Shown here in pieces: positions 41,018 to 50,322 of a DNA stretch of 62,849 bases. The notes under the pieces are model-generated. The model did not search any database and was not told where the DNA came from. It saw only the letters and a list, made by a program, of their open reading frames with translations. This stretch comes from Burkholderiaceae bacterium (lineage in GTDB: Bacteria; Pseudomonadota; Gammaproteobacteria; Burkholderiales; Burkholderiaceae_C). Where the stretch lies: positions 4,266 to 67,114 of the forward strand of contig DAMCAL010000001.1 of assembly GCA_032059585.1 (NCBI GenBank), given 5' to 3'. Within the stretch, counting starts at the first letter, position 1. Every line of letters begins with the position of its first letter. Both the position numbers and the translations under genes were made by a program.

Positions 41018-41190
41018 GTCTGCGGTGCTGCAGGGCTTTATATTTCCTTGAACCAATGCTCATTGAGCACGGGCTTGGTACATTGCCCGGCAAGCGTGAT
41101 CATCTCGCGTCAGATGAACCCAATGCCTGGCTGCCCTCGCCCCCCTGAACCCCCGGTTCAGGATGACGGTCCGGTGGCACTTGCAGACAC
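41018..41190 (+). ncRNA. ssrS: 6S RNA
   Basis: Follows zapA; TACAAT -10 at 41006; closing stem GTCTGC/GCAGAC; TTCCTTGAACC and CCTGAACC...GGTTCAGG motifs. Confidence 0.88.
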
Positions 41191-43650
41191 CTTCTTTTCC
41201 CGCCCTGCGGTGCGCTGACGCTCCACCAGGGCGCGCAGTTCGGGCGCTGGCAATGCGGGTGCGCACAGGTAGCCCTGGTAGAACGCGCACCCTGTGGCTT
41301 GCAGCCAGGCGTGCTGCGCGGCAGTTTCCACCCCTTCCGCCACCACGTCGATCCCCAATGCCCGCCCCATGCCCAGGACAGCGTGCACGATGGCCTCGTC
41401 CCGTTCATGGCCGGGCAGGCCATCGACGAACGACTTGTCCACCTTGATGCGGTGGATGGTGAGCTTCTTCAGGTACGCAAGGCTCGAATAGCCCGTACCG
41501 AAATCGTCGATGGACAGGCCTACGCCCACCTGTGCCAGGGCCTTCAGTAGTTGCTCCATGTCCTGCGCATCCTGAAGCAACACGCTTTCCGTCAACTCCA
41601 GTTCGAGCAGGCGGGGGGGCAACTGGTGGCGCGCCAGCAGATCTCCCAGGCGCTCGACAAACCCGGCCTGGCGAAACTCGAGCGCCGAAACGTTCACCGA
41701 CACCACCATGGGCACGCCTGCGCGATGCCAGTGCGCCGCTTCCTGGATGGCCTGCTCCATCACCCACGCACCCAGCGTGACGATATAGCCGCAGTCTTCG
41801 GCCAGCGGGATGAACGTGGCGGGTGACACCGGTCCCAGCTCGGGGTCGTGCCAGCGCAGCAATGCCTCCATGCCCACAATGCGGCCGCTCGCGAACTCCA
41901 CCTGCGGCTGATAGTGCACTGCCATGTGGTGCAGGCTGAGCGCCATGCGCATTGCGTGCTCCATCTTCATGCGCGACAACAGGTTCACGTTCATCTGCGG
42001 CTGGTAGAAACCGTAGCTGCCGCGTCCACGCTCCTTCACGCGGTACATGGCGATGTCGGCATGCTTGATCAGGTCGTCGAGCGACAGGCCATCGTGCGGA
42101 TACAGCGCCACACCGATGCTGCATTGCACCGAGAAGCCCATCGCATCCAGCGTGAACGGCTTCGCCATCTCGTCGAGTACACGCCGCACGACCGCCTCGG
42201 CAACCGCCCTGCTCGCGTCATGCAGGTAAATGACGAACTCGTCACCGCCCAGCCGGCACAGCATGTCGCAGTGCCGCAAACACTCCTGTAAACGCCGCGC
42301 GACGAGTTTCAACACGCGGTCGCCGAAAGGGTGGCCGAGGGAATCGTTGACGACCTTGAACCTGTCCAGATCCAGAAACAAGATCGCGAACTCACCGTTG
42401 CGAGCGCTTGCGCTGTCGCTGGCTGCTTCCACACGATGGGAAAGCTGCAGCCGGTTGGGCAGGCCGGTCAGGGCATCCGTGAAGGCCAGCTCTTCGATGC
42501 GCCGCTGCGCAGCAATCTGGGGTGCCAGATCCCGCATGAAACCGATGCTTTGCAGCACCTTGCCAGCCTCGTCACGTTGCACCACCCATGACAGGTGCAC
42601 GGGGAGACCCACGAGGGTGCCGCCAGGGCGAAGGAGCACCTCGCCCGCCCAGAACCCGCGCGAGTCCCAGGCCTCGTCGAGCTGCGCGGCAAAGGCGTTG
42701 CCCGGCATGCCTGCATGCACCAAGCTGGTCACCGGTTGCCCGACGACCTGTCCGTCCGGCAAGCCCAGGAGCGCGCTGCAACAGGGGTTGATGCGCACGA
42801 TGCACCGCCGCTCGTCAGCGATGAAGATGGCGTCCAGGCTCGACTCGAACACCTGCGCCGCGAGCTTCAACCCCGCCTGGGCCTGCGCCTGGCTTGAAAT
42901 GTCGCGGAAGGTGTACACCCTGCCTGCGGGACGGCCATGGATGAGCTTGGGCACGGAGCGCTGCTCGACGATGGCGCCCGAGCGCAAATGGAATACGTCG
43001 GTGGCTTCCACCATGGGTTCGCGCCGCAACGTGGCCATGCGCTGACGGTAGGCCTGGGCTTCCACGACCTGTGCTTCCATGTGGGCATGGATGGCCACGT
43101 CGTCGCGCCGGGTGAGCATCGCGTCCGGCAACTGCCAGATCTGCACCAGCCTATGGTTGAATGCACGAATGCGGCCGAGCAGGTCGCACGTGAGGATGCC
43201 GTCGGCAGCCGAGTCGAGGGTGGCCCGCAACTCGGACAACAGGGCTTCAAGCTCCCGCGTGGAGGCCTCACTCTCCGAGCGGTCCAGCATCGTCAGGAGC
43301 AACAAAGGCGGCGTACCACCTGCGTCGCCCTCTCCACGCTTCACAGCGCGCACCCAGCGCTCGACGGGAATATGCATGCTGCGCGCGGCGTTCCAGACGG
43401 TGGTGCAGGAATGGATGCCCGCCGCAATGTCGTCCAGCGGTTGTTGCCAAAAAATCTGGTCCTGCGGCGCGGTGGCGAGGCTGGAGGCATGCTGGCCGGC
43501 CATCGCATCGGCCGGGGATCCCAACAAGCGCGCCGCCGCTTCATTGGCGTATACCACGCAAAGCGTACGTGCATCGATCAGCCAGATCGCCTGTTGGACC
43601 GCTCCGGCGATGGAAAGCCAGGGCGCGCTGGCGAGCTCCATCGCACTCAT
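41158..43650 (-). CDS. PAS-GGDEF-EAL c-di-GMP enzyme
   Basis: Several PAS-like segments; RxxD and GGDEF; EALLRW; DDFGTGYSS; EGVE. Confidence 0.92.
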   Translation of the reverse strand: MSAMELASAPWLSIAGAVQQAIWLIDARTLCVVYANEAAARLLGSPADAMAGQHASSLATAPQDQIFWQQPLDDIAAGIHSCTTVWNAARSMHIPVERWVRAVKRGEGDAGGTPPLLLLTMLDRSESEASTRELEALLSELRATLDSAADGILTCDLLGRIRAFNHRLVQIWQLPDAMLTRRDDVAIHAHMEAQVVEAQAYRQRMATLRREPMVEATDVFHLRSGAIVEQRSVPKLIHGRPAGRVYTFRDISSQAQAQAGLKLAAQVFESSLDAIFIADERRCIVRINPCCSALLGLPDGQVVGQPVTSLVHAGMPGNAFAAQLDEAWDSRGFWAGEVLLRPGGTLVGLPVHLSWVVQRDEAGKVLQSIGFMRDLAPQIAAQRRIEELAFTDALTGLPNRLQLSHRVEAASDSASARNGEFAILFLDLDRFKVVNDSLGHPFGDRVLKLVARRLQECLRHCDMLCRLGGDEFVIYLHDASRAVAEAVVRRVLDEMAKPFTLDAMGFSVQCSIGVALYPHDGLSLDDLIKHADIAMYRVKERGRGSYGFYQPQMNVNLLSRMKMEHAMRMALSLHHMAVHYQPQVEFASGRIVGMEALLRWHDPELGPVSPATFIPLAEDCGYIVTLGAWVMEQAIQEAAHWHRAGVPMVVSVNVSALEFRQAGFVERLGDLLARHQLPPRLLELELTESVLLQDAQDMEQLLKALAQVGVGLSIDDFGTGYSSLAYLKKLTIHRIKVDKSFVDGLPGHERDEAIVHAVLGMGRALGIDVVAEGVETAAQHAWLQATGCAFYQGYLCAPALPAPELRALVERQRTAGREKKVSASATGPSS

Positions 43651-44906
43651 TCGGGCCCGCCCTCGTCCGTCTGGGGCGTGGCGCGCTCGAAGTAGTAGCA
43701 AATGCGGGATCCAGGCAGCAGCGCGTCCAGCACGGCGCGTGGCAGTTGTGCGGGACGCACACTGCGGCGTATGCCCAGCTGCCGATGGGCGGACAGGTCG
43801 ATGGAAAGCGTCCCCGCGTCTGCGCCCTCGCCGCGCTGCACCGATACGACGGGGCGCAACGGATGGGCAGCGTTGACCCCCGTCACCTGCGCGAAGCGGC
43901 CGTCGACGAGTTGAACCAGCGAACCGGGCGGGTACACGCCCATGAGGCGGATGAAGGCCGCCAGGATGGATGGTTCATGACACGCCCGTTGCTGCGCGTA
44001 CAGGTGCGCAACCGCCTCGTGGGGCGTCAGCGCGGAGCGCCCTTCGAGCGGATTGCACAAGCGATCGTAGCTGTTGACCAGCGCCAAAATTTGCCCGTTG
44101 CGGCTGAGGTCATCTCCCACCAACCGCAACGGGTATCCGCTGCCGTCGGACATCTCATGGTGCTGCGCGATGGCGATCAGGACGTCGCTGGACAAATCCA
44201 TCTGTTGGCCCAACGCGACCGATTCACCCACGTGCGCGCGATAGCGTAGCATCTCCGTGGGAACCAAGGGTCCGCCCGGCTCGGCGATGTGGGCCGGCAT
44301 GGCCGTCTTGCCAATGTCGTGCAGCAATGCTGCCATGCCCAGGGCTTCCAGCGCTTGGTCGGCAAATTCGAGTGAACGGCCCAGCATCAACGCCAGAACC
44401 ATGACGTTCACGGCATGCGCCGTCGAACTGCTCGCTTGGCAATCCGTCAACAGGCGAATGACGCAGCCTTCCTGGGCAGCTACCAGTTCTGCGACACAGG
44501 CTTTCACCAGAACCTGTGCGCGGTCCCGCGCTGCCATCGGCTGGCGCTGTGCGGCCAGCGCAACCTCTTCGTAGGCGCTCGCCGCTTCGCGGTACTGCCC
44601 TGCGCAGTCTCGCGGCGCGGAAACTGGTGGCGCGGGTGCTGGCAGCGAAAGTTCGGGCGGCGAAACTCCCGAGCGCGGGTCGTGTTGCCTTCGGTCACCT
44701 TCCTCGGCGCGGCCCACGTCTAGTGAGCTTTTCGACGGGATATAGCTGAGGAAAGTCACACCCAGCTCGCGCAACACGCCGATCTGCTCAGCCGAATGGA
44801 GGCGAAAGCTGTTCGTCGGAAATGGGTGTTGCATCCAGCCCAAGGGCAGCTGGATGAACATGCCAACGCGAAGTTCGTCGATATGGATCGGAACGGGTGA
44901 ATTCAC
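43647..44906 (-). CDS. HD-GYP phosphodiesterase with N-terminal DUF3391-like domain
   Basis: IDELRVGMFIQL, LLHDIGK, HHEMSDGSGYP, GVYPPGSLVQL. Confidence 0.9.
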   Translation of the reverse strand: MNSPVPIHIDELRVGMFIQLPLGWMQHPFPTNSFRLHSAEQIGVLRELGVTFLSYIPSKSSLDVGRAEEGDRRQHDPRSGVSPPELSLPAPAPPVSAPRDCAGQYREAASAYEEVALAAQRQPMAARDRAQVLVKACVAELVAAQEGCVIRLLTDCQASSSTAHAVNVMVLALMLGRSLEFADQALEALGMAALLHDIGKTAMPAHIAEPGGPLVPTEMLRYRAHVGESVALGQQMDLSSDVLIAIAQHHEMSDGSGYPLRLVGDDLSRNGQILALVNSYDRLCNPLEGRSALTPHEAVAHLYAQQRACHEPSILAAFIRLMGVYPPGSLVQLVDGRFAQVTGVNAAHPLRPVVSVQRGEGADAGTLSIDLSAHRQLGIRRSVRPAQLPRAVLDALLPGSRICYYFERATPQTDEGGPE

Positions 44907-45034
44907 AGTGACGCGGGAAGCAGACGGCGAATGCGTCCTACAAGGAAAACCATTGTGAACTGATTATCGCCAACCACACAGCCCGTTACAGGGATTGCGC
45001 TACCCGTCATTGCGAATTGACAACGGCATTCAGA

Positions 45035-45766
45035 TCATGTGAGGCACCACGGCGCAGGCTGGCCGTGCACGACATCCATCCAAAGGGCCCATCCGCCCAA
45101 CCCGCACAAGACAAGGCCCGCTGCCCGGCCGCCCCAGTCCTGCACGCGTCCGGAGGTCACGGCCCGCAGGCGCCGCCACGCCCAGGGCCCGGCGACCAGC
45201 CATGCGCCGCTGCCGATGCCGAACAACGCCATGCACAAGGCGCCTCCCAAGGCGCTGCCGCTCAATGCGGATGTGAGCAGGGCTGTGTACAGCAAGCCGC
45301 AAGGAAGCAGCGCCCATGCGACGCCGGTCAGGAAAAGGCCCCCGGGACGTGCGACGAGCGGCCGAACCCGGTTCCAGACGGCGCGTCCAGCAGACTCGAT
45401 CCACGCAGGCTGCCGCGCCTGCACCAGCATTGCCAAGCCCCAGCCCATGACCAGCACGTGGGTCAGCGTCCACACGGGGCGCAGGGCCGTGCTGTGTTGG
45501 CCAAGCCATGCGAGCTGTTCCATGGCAAAGGCCGCGACCGCCCCTGCCGCGCCGTAGCCGACAAGCCGTCCCAAGTGGAACACGGCGGTGCGCCGCACTG
45601 TCGATCCGCGCTCCTGCCAATGGACCACGTGCACTCCAGGAGCCGGTGGTTTGTCCCTGCCGCTCCCGCTGGTCAGCGCTCCGCACGGTGCGGCGCACAT
45701 CGCAAGGCAATGGGTGCCACCGGCCAAACCCATGAGGAACAGCGTGGAGGCCAGAGCCAGAAACAT
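45035..45766 (-). CDS. TauE/SafE (DsbD_2-like) membrane protein
   Basis: GLAGGTHCLAMC, HLGRLVGY, LLPCGLLY. Confidence 0.85.
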   Translation of the reverse strand: MFLALASTLFLMGLAGGTHCLAMCAAPCGALTSGSGRDKPPAPGVHVVHWQERGSTVRRTAVFHLGRLVGYGAAGAVAAFAMEQLAWLGQHSTALRPVWTLTHVLVMGWGLAMLVQARQPAWIESAGRAVWNRVRPLVARPGGLFLTGVAWALLPCGLLYTALLTSALSGSALGGALCMALFGIGSGAWLVAGPWAWRRLRAVTSGRVQDWGGRAAGLVLCGLGGWALWMDVVHGQPAPWCLT

Positions 45767-45769
45767 CGA

Positions 45770-47152
45770 TCAGATTATTCGTGAGAAGCGGGCCCGATTG
45801 CGGTGGGCCTGCAGATACCGGTCAAACACCATGGCCACGCCGCGCACGAAGTACCAGCCCAATGCCGTGACAGATATGCCGTCGGGCCCAAGCGCCACCA
45901 GCCCCTGCTCGGCCAGCGCTTCCAGTTGTTGCATCTCGGACTCGAAGTAGCTTTTGAACTCTATCAGCCACGCCTCCTCGACCGCCTCATACAGCAGTTC
46001 TCCCTGGCACATCAGCGCCATGATCACTGCGCGGCGCACCAGGTCGTCGCGGGATAAGGCAAGACCCCGCGTGATCGGCAGGTGGCCCTGGTTGATCGCG
46101 TCATAGTACTCGTCGAGGGTCTTGGCGTTTTGGCTGTAGGTGGCCCCGACGCGGCCGATGGCCGACACGCCCAGCGATATCAGGTCGCAGTCGGGCTGGG
46201 TGCTGTAACCCTGAAAATTGCGGTGCAGCCGGCCCTGGCGCTTGGCCACAGCCAGCGCATCGTCTGGAAGCGCGAAGTGGTCCATTCCGATGTACGTGTA
46301 GCCTGATTGCGCGAAGATATCGATAGCCTGCGACAGCATGCCGACCTTGGCAGAAGCGTTCGGCAGCTCGGCGGTGACGATGCGCCGCTGCGGCTTGAAC
46401 CTCTCGGGCAGGTGCGCGTACGCATACAGCGCGATGCGGTCGGGCCGAAGCTGCGCCACTTGCGCGAGCGTGCGGTCGAAGGATCCGGGCGTTTGCCGCG
46501 GCAGGCCATAGATCAGGTCGACGTTGATCGACTCGAAGCCGAGCCGGCGGGAGCTTTCCACCAGCGCAAACACCTTTTCCGCCGGCTGGATACGGTGCAC
46601 GGCCTTTTGCACATCCGGGTCGAAGTCCTGCACGCCGAAGCTCAGGCGGTTGAACCCTAGCTCCGCCAGCAGGGCCAGACGCTGCTCGTCCACCGTGCGC
46701 GGATCGACCTCGATCGAATATTCCCCGCCGGGGACAAGCGCAAAGCTGCGGCGGATCATGTCCATCAGATCGCGCAGACCCTCATCCGACAGGAACGTCG
46801 GAGTGCCGCCACCCAGGTGCAGCTGGCTGACCTGCTGCCCGACACCGCAATGTGCGGTGTGCAGGTCGATTTCGCGGCTGAGATAGCGCAGGTAGACGTC
46901 CGCGCGCTCAGGGTGGCGCGTGATGATCTTGTTGCAAGCGCAGTAGTAGCACAGCGATTCGCAAAACGGAATATGGACGTAGAGCGAGAGCGGGAGGGCC
47001 TTGCCCACCGAGCCGACGCGGCGTTGCCGCAGGGCAAGCGTATATTCCGCCTCCCCGAAGGCCTCCACAAACTGGTCGGCCGTGGGATAGGAGGTGTAGC
47101 GCGGTCCGGCAACGTCGAAACGCTGCAGAAGTTCGGGACTGACTGAAGACAT
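45770..47152 (-). CDS. hemN: Oxygen-independent coproporphyrinogen III oxidase
   Basis: GPRYTSYPTA, HIPFCESLCYYCAC radical-SAM motif, RNFQGYS. Confidence 0.96.
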   Translation of the reverse strand: MSSVSPELLQRFDVAGPRYTSYPTADQFVEAFGEAEYTLALRQRRVGSVGKALPLSLYVHIPFCESLCYYCACNKIITRHPERADVYLRYLSREIDLHTAHCGVGQQVSQLHLGGGTPTFLSDEGLRDLMDMIRRSFALVPGGEYSIEVDPRTVDEQRLALLAELGFNRLSFGVQDFDPDVQKAVHRIQPAEKVFALVESSRRLGFESINVDLIYGLPRQTPGSFDRTLAQVAQLRPDRIALYAYAHLPERFKPQRRIVTAELPNASAKVGMLSQAIDIFAQSGYTYIGMDHFALPDDALAVAKRQGRLHRNFQGYSTQPDCDLISLGVSAIGRVGATYSQNAKTLDEYYDAINQGHLPITRGLALSRDDLVRRAVIMALMCQGELLYEAVEEAWLIEFKSYFESEMQQLEALAEQGLVALGPDGISVTALGWYFVRGVAMVFDRYLQAHRNRARFSRII

Positions 47153-47205
47153 GGCGGGCATCCTTGCGTGAACGGTGACTGTGACCCAGGCACGTCCCCA
47201 TGGTC

Positions 47206-47219
47206 TTGATTTCGATCAA
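47206..47219. promoter_or_regulatory. FNR box
   Basis: TTGAT-TTCG-ATCAA, a perfect consensus between divergent hemN and fnr. Confidence 0.92.
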
Positions 47220-47321
47220 GTACCATTCTTCTGACTTCCTCGGCGCTCCTACCGCGGCGCTGGAGCCTGTGGTCGATTCCGCACACCAGAGCAGGCCATC
47301 GTTCGGAGGTAAGCTCGCACC

Positions 47322-48065
47322 ATGACCCGGGACAACACCCCTTCACCCCTTCAGGCCATCAAGGTTGCCTGCTCCAACTGCAACCTGCGCGAGCTGTGCA
47401 TGCCTGTGGGCCTCGAGGAGCAGCAACTCAAGCGCATCGACGAGATCGTCGCCGTACGGCGCAAGATCAAGCGCGGGGGCACGCTGTTTCGCAATGGTGA
47501 GGCCTTCACATCGCTGTATGCCATCCGCACCGGGTTTTTCAAGACCTGTGTCACTACCGAAGACGGCCGGGACCAGGTGACGGGGTTTCAAATGGCCGGC
47601 GAGATCATCGGCCTGGACGGAATCGTTCACGACCAGCACACCTGTGATGCTGTCGCGCTTGAAGACGCGGAGGTATGCGTCATGCCCTTCGATCGCATCG
47701 AGGAGCTGTCGCGCGAAGTCACGGCGCTGCAGACCCACGTGCACAAGATCATGAGCCGCGAGATCGTGCGCGAGCACGGGGTCATGCTGCTGCTGGGCAG
47801 CATGCGCGCCGACGAGCGCCTGGCGGCATTTCTTCTCAACCTTGTGCAGCGATTGCACACCCGCGGTTTTTCCCAGTCCGAACTGGTGCTGCGCATGACC
47901 CGCGAGGAAATTGGCAGTTACCTCGGACTCAAGCTTGAAACGGTGAGCCGCACGTTCTCCAAATTCGTCGACGATGGCATCGTCGAGGTCAAGCAGCGCC
48001 ACGTTCGCATCGTCGATACGGCTGCCTTGAAACGAATCGTCAACAGCCAGCAGCCTTGCCACTGA
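47322..48065 (+). CDS. fnr: FNR transcriptional regulator
   Basis: N-terminal CSNCNLRELC, EVC, HTH motif ETVSR. Confidence 0.95.
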   Translation: MTRDNTPSPLQAIKVACSNCNLRELCMPVGLEEQQLKRIDEIVAVRRKIKRGGTLFRNGEAFTSLYAIRTGFFKTCVTTEDGRDQVTGFQMAGEIIGLDGIVHDQHTCDAVALEDAEVCVMPFDRIEELSREVTALQTHVHKIMSREIVREHGVMLLLGSMRADERLAAFLLNLVQRLHTRGFSQSELVLRMTREEIGSYLGLKLETVSRTFSKFVDDGIVEVKQRHVRIVDTAALKRIVNSQQPCH

Positions 48066-48110
48066 GCCCCTTGCCAGCGGCAGGGTTGAAGTTCGACTCC
48101 ACGCCAACGT

Positions 48111-48145
48111 AAAAAAGGCAGTGTGCGGATGCACACTGCCTTTTT
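48111..48145. terminator. Bidirectional Rho-independent terminator
   Basis: AAAAAAGGCAGTGTGC-GGAT-GCACACTGCCTTTTT between convergent genes. Confidence 0.9.
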
Positions 48146-48224
48146 CGATAAGCTGCTGGCTTGCCTGCCACCGCGGCGCGATGCGGTTGTGGCATCGCAC
48201 CTGCGGCTGGTTGCGCCGCAACGC

Positions 48225-49352
48225 TCAGTTCAACGGTGTCTTCTTGCCGTCGATATAGTTGTACAGCGTGATGGCGGGGTTCTTCATTTCGCCGTTGGGT
48301 TCGAAGGCGATGTTGGCCGTCACGCCCTTGTAGCTCGACTTGAGCAGTTCAGGAATGTAGACCTTGGGGTCCCACGAACCTGCGCGCTTCATGGCGTCCA
48401 CCAGCAGCATGGTGGCGTCGTAGGTGTACGGGCTGTACACCTGGAATTGGCCAGGGTACTTGGCGTCGTACTTCGCCTTCCACGCCGTGCCGCCGGGCAT
48501 CTTGCCCAGGGATGCGCCACCTTCGGCGCAGATCACGTTGGCCAGCGTCTTGGCGCCAGCAGCGAGCTTGGCAATTTCGGTCGTGCACACGCCATCACCA
48601 CCGAAGTACTTGACGTTGCCCATGCCGAGTTGCTCCATCTGGCGCAGCATCGGGCCTGCCTGGGGGTCCATGCCGCCGTAGAAGATCGCGTCGGGGTTCT
48701 TCGACTTGATGGCCGTCAGGATGGCCATGAAGTCAGTCGCCTTGTCGGTGGTGAACTGCTCGTCCACCACTTTCATGCCCTTTTCGGCAGCGACCTTCTT
48801 GAACACGTTCGCCACGCCCTGGCCGTAAGCGGTGCGGTCGTCGACGATGGCAACCGTCTTGAGCTTGAGCGTTTCCGCCGCGTAGGCCGCAAGGCCGGCG
48901 CCCAGCGCGTTGTCGTTGGCAATGATGCGGAATGTGGTCTTGTACCCGGGCTTGGTCAGGTTGGGGTTGGTCGCCGCGCCGGTCACGTGCGGAATACCGC
49001 AGTCGTTGTAGACCTTCGCTGCAGGGATGGTCGTACCCGAGTTCAGGTGGCCCACCACACCTGCCACTTTTGCGTCGCAGAGTTTCTGCGCAGCGGCAGT
49101 GCCCTGCTTGGGGTCGGCTGCGTCGTCCTCGGCCAGCAGCTCGAACTTCACCTTTTTGCCACCGATGGTGACGCCTTGCGAATTCAACTCCTCGATGGCC
49201 ATGCGGGCGCCGTTTTCGTTGTCTTTGCCGTAGTGGGCCTGGGCACCGGATACAGGCGCCACGTGACCGATCTTCACCACCTCTTGGGCGGTAGCCAATC
49301 CGGCAACAGCTGCGATGGCAGCGGCCACGGTCAGTTTCAACTTCAGTTGCAT
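48225..49352 (-). CDS. Branched-chain amino acid ABC substrate-binding protein (LivK/LivJ-like)
   Basis: VKIGHVAPVSG, EDDAADPKQG, VVGHLNSG, DDRTAYGQG. Confidence 0.92.
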   Translation of the reverse strand: MQLKLKLTVAAAIAAVAGLATAQEVVKIGHVAPVSGAQAHYGKDNENGARMAIEELNSQGVTIGGKKVKFELLAEDDAADPKQGTAAAQKLCDAKVAGVVGHLNSGTTIPAAKVYNDCGIPHVTGAATNPNLTKPGYKTTFRIIANDNALGAGLAAYAAETLKLKTVAIVDDRTAYGQGVANVFKKVAAEKGMKVVDEQFTTDKATDFMAILTAIKSKNPDAIFYGGMDPQAGPMLRQMEQLGMGNVKYFGGDGVCTTEIAKLAAGAKTLANVICAEGGASLGKMPGGTAWKAKYDAKYPGQFQVYSPYTYDATMLLVDAMKRAGSWDPKVYIPELLKSSYKGVTANIAFEPNGEMKNPAITLYNYIDGKKTPLN

Positions 49353-49488
49353 ATGGGTCTCCAATGAATGCGCTGGAAATATTGTTGTGTGACAACGCGC
49401 CGAAACATATCGCGATTCATGGGGCCCGGCACTAGGGAAAAGGAGAAAATCACGGCGAAACCACACCGGGATTTTCCCTGTCATCGCT

Positions 49489-49854
49489 TCAGCGAATATC
49501 GCGTTCCGATGCCAACTCTTGGGCCACTGCTTCGTAAACGGATTGGCGCACGACCGATTCCACTTCTTCGCGAAGACGCGGCACGAGCGAGCGCGTCTGC
49601 TCTTCGGTGACCTGGGCAACAGCCAGGCGCAAACGCTGCTCCAGCAGGACGTCTACCCGCTGCATCACCCGGTGCACCACCACCTCTTCGAAGCCGTCCG
49701 GCAGCGCCGGCGCAAGGTCGGCGGACAGGGGGTTGGTTACCAGTACTGGCTCAGCGTCCGGCGGCGGCGCGTGCGTGGAGGGCGGGTCGGGCACCTCGAC
49801 AATCTCCGTCAAGGTCGGAACGAACCGCGGCGGCACACGGGGGGGCGAGGTCAT
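49489..49854 (-). CDS. Hypothetical protein downstream of holC
   Basis: VPTLTEIV motif, Pro-rich linker, helical C-terminus; ATGA overlap with holC. Confidence 0.75.
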   Translation of the reverse strand: MTSPPRVPPRFVPTLTEIVEVPDPPSTHAPPPDAEPVLVTNPLSADLAPALPDGFEEVVVHRVMQRVDVLLEQRLRLAVAQVTEEQTRSLVPRLREEVESVVRQSVYEAVAQELASERDIR

Positions 49855-50291
49855 CCACCAGCCTTTTTGGTGGCGAGGTCGTATCGCACGATCGGATGCC
49901 CTCCATCCGCGTATGCGCGCCAGCGTTCACGAGCGTCGGCCCGGTCGGCTTCGTCGTCCTGACTGACCACTTCGACGACCTTGGCGAACTCGGCGAAACC
50001 ATCCGGCACTGCAGCGCCCAGGTTCACCAGTACCTCCCTGTGCGAGCAGCCGCGTGCGTCCGTGGTGAGCAGGATGGAAGTGAGCGCACGAACCTCTTCC
50101 GAGGCGTGTTCGCGGCAGTGGACGACGAAATCGCTGGGGTCCAAGTCCCACAGCATCCGGTCCATCTGATCGAGTTGGTCGTCCGCGGCAACCACTGCCA
50201 CGCGCGCGCCCTGGCGCTGTGCCTTGCGCAGCAGGCGGCATGCGTACGCCAGCTTGTCGGGCACGTTGAAATGAAAGGCGACATCAGCCAT
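49851..50291 (-). CDS. holC: DNA polymerase III chi subunit
   Basis: FHFNVPDKLAYACRLLRKA, LW...FVVH, ARERWRAY. Confidence 0.92.
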   Translation of the reverse strand: MADVAFHFNVPDKLAYACRLLRKAQRQGARVAVVAADDQLDQMDRMLWDLDPSDFVVHCREHASEEVRALTSILLTTDARGCSHREVLVNLGAAVPDGFAEFAKVVEVVSQDDEADRADARERWRAYADGGHPIVRYDLATKKAGG

Positions 50292-50322
50292 CGGAGCAAT
50301 GCAGTGGCAAGCAACGATCGCG

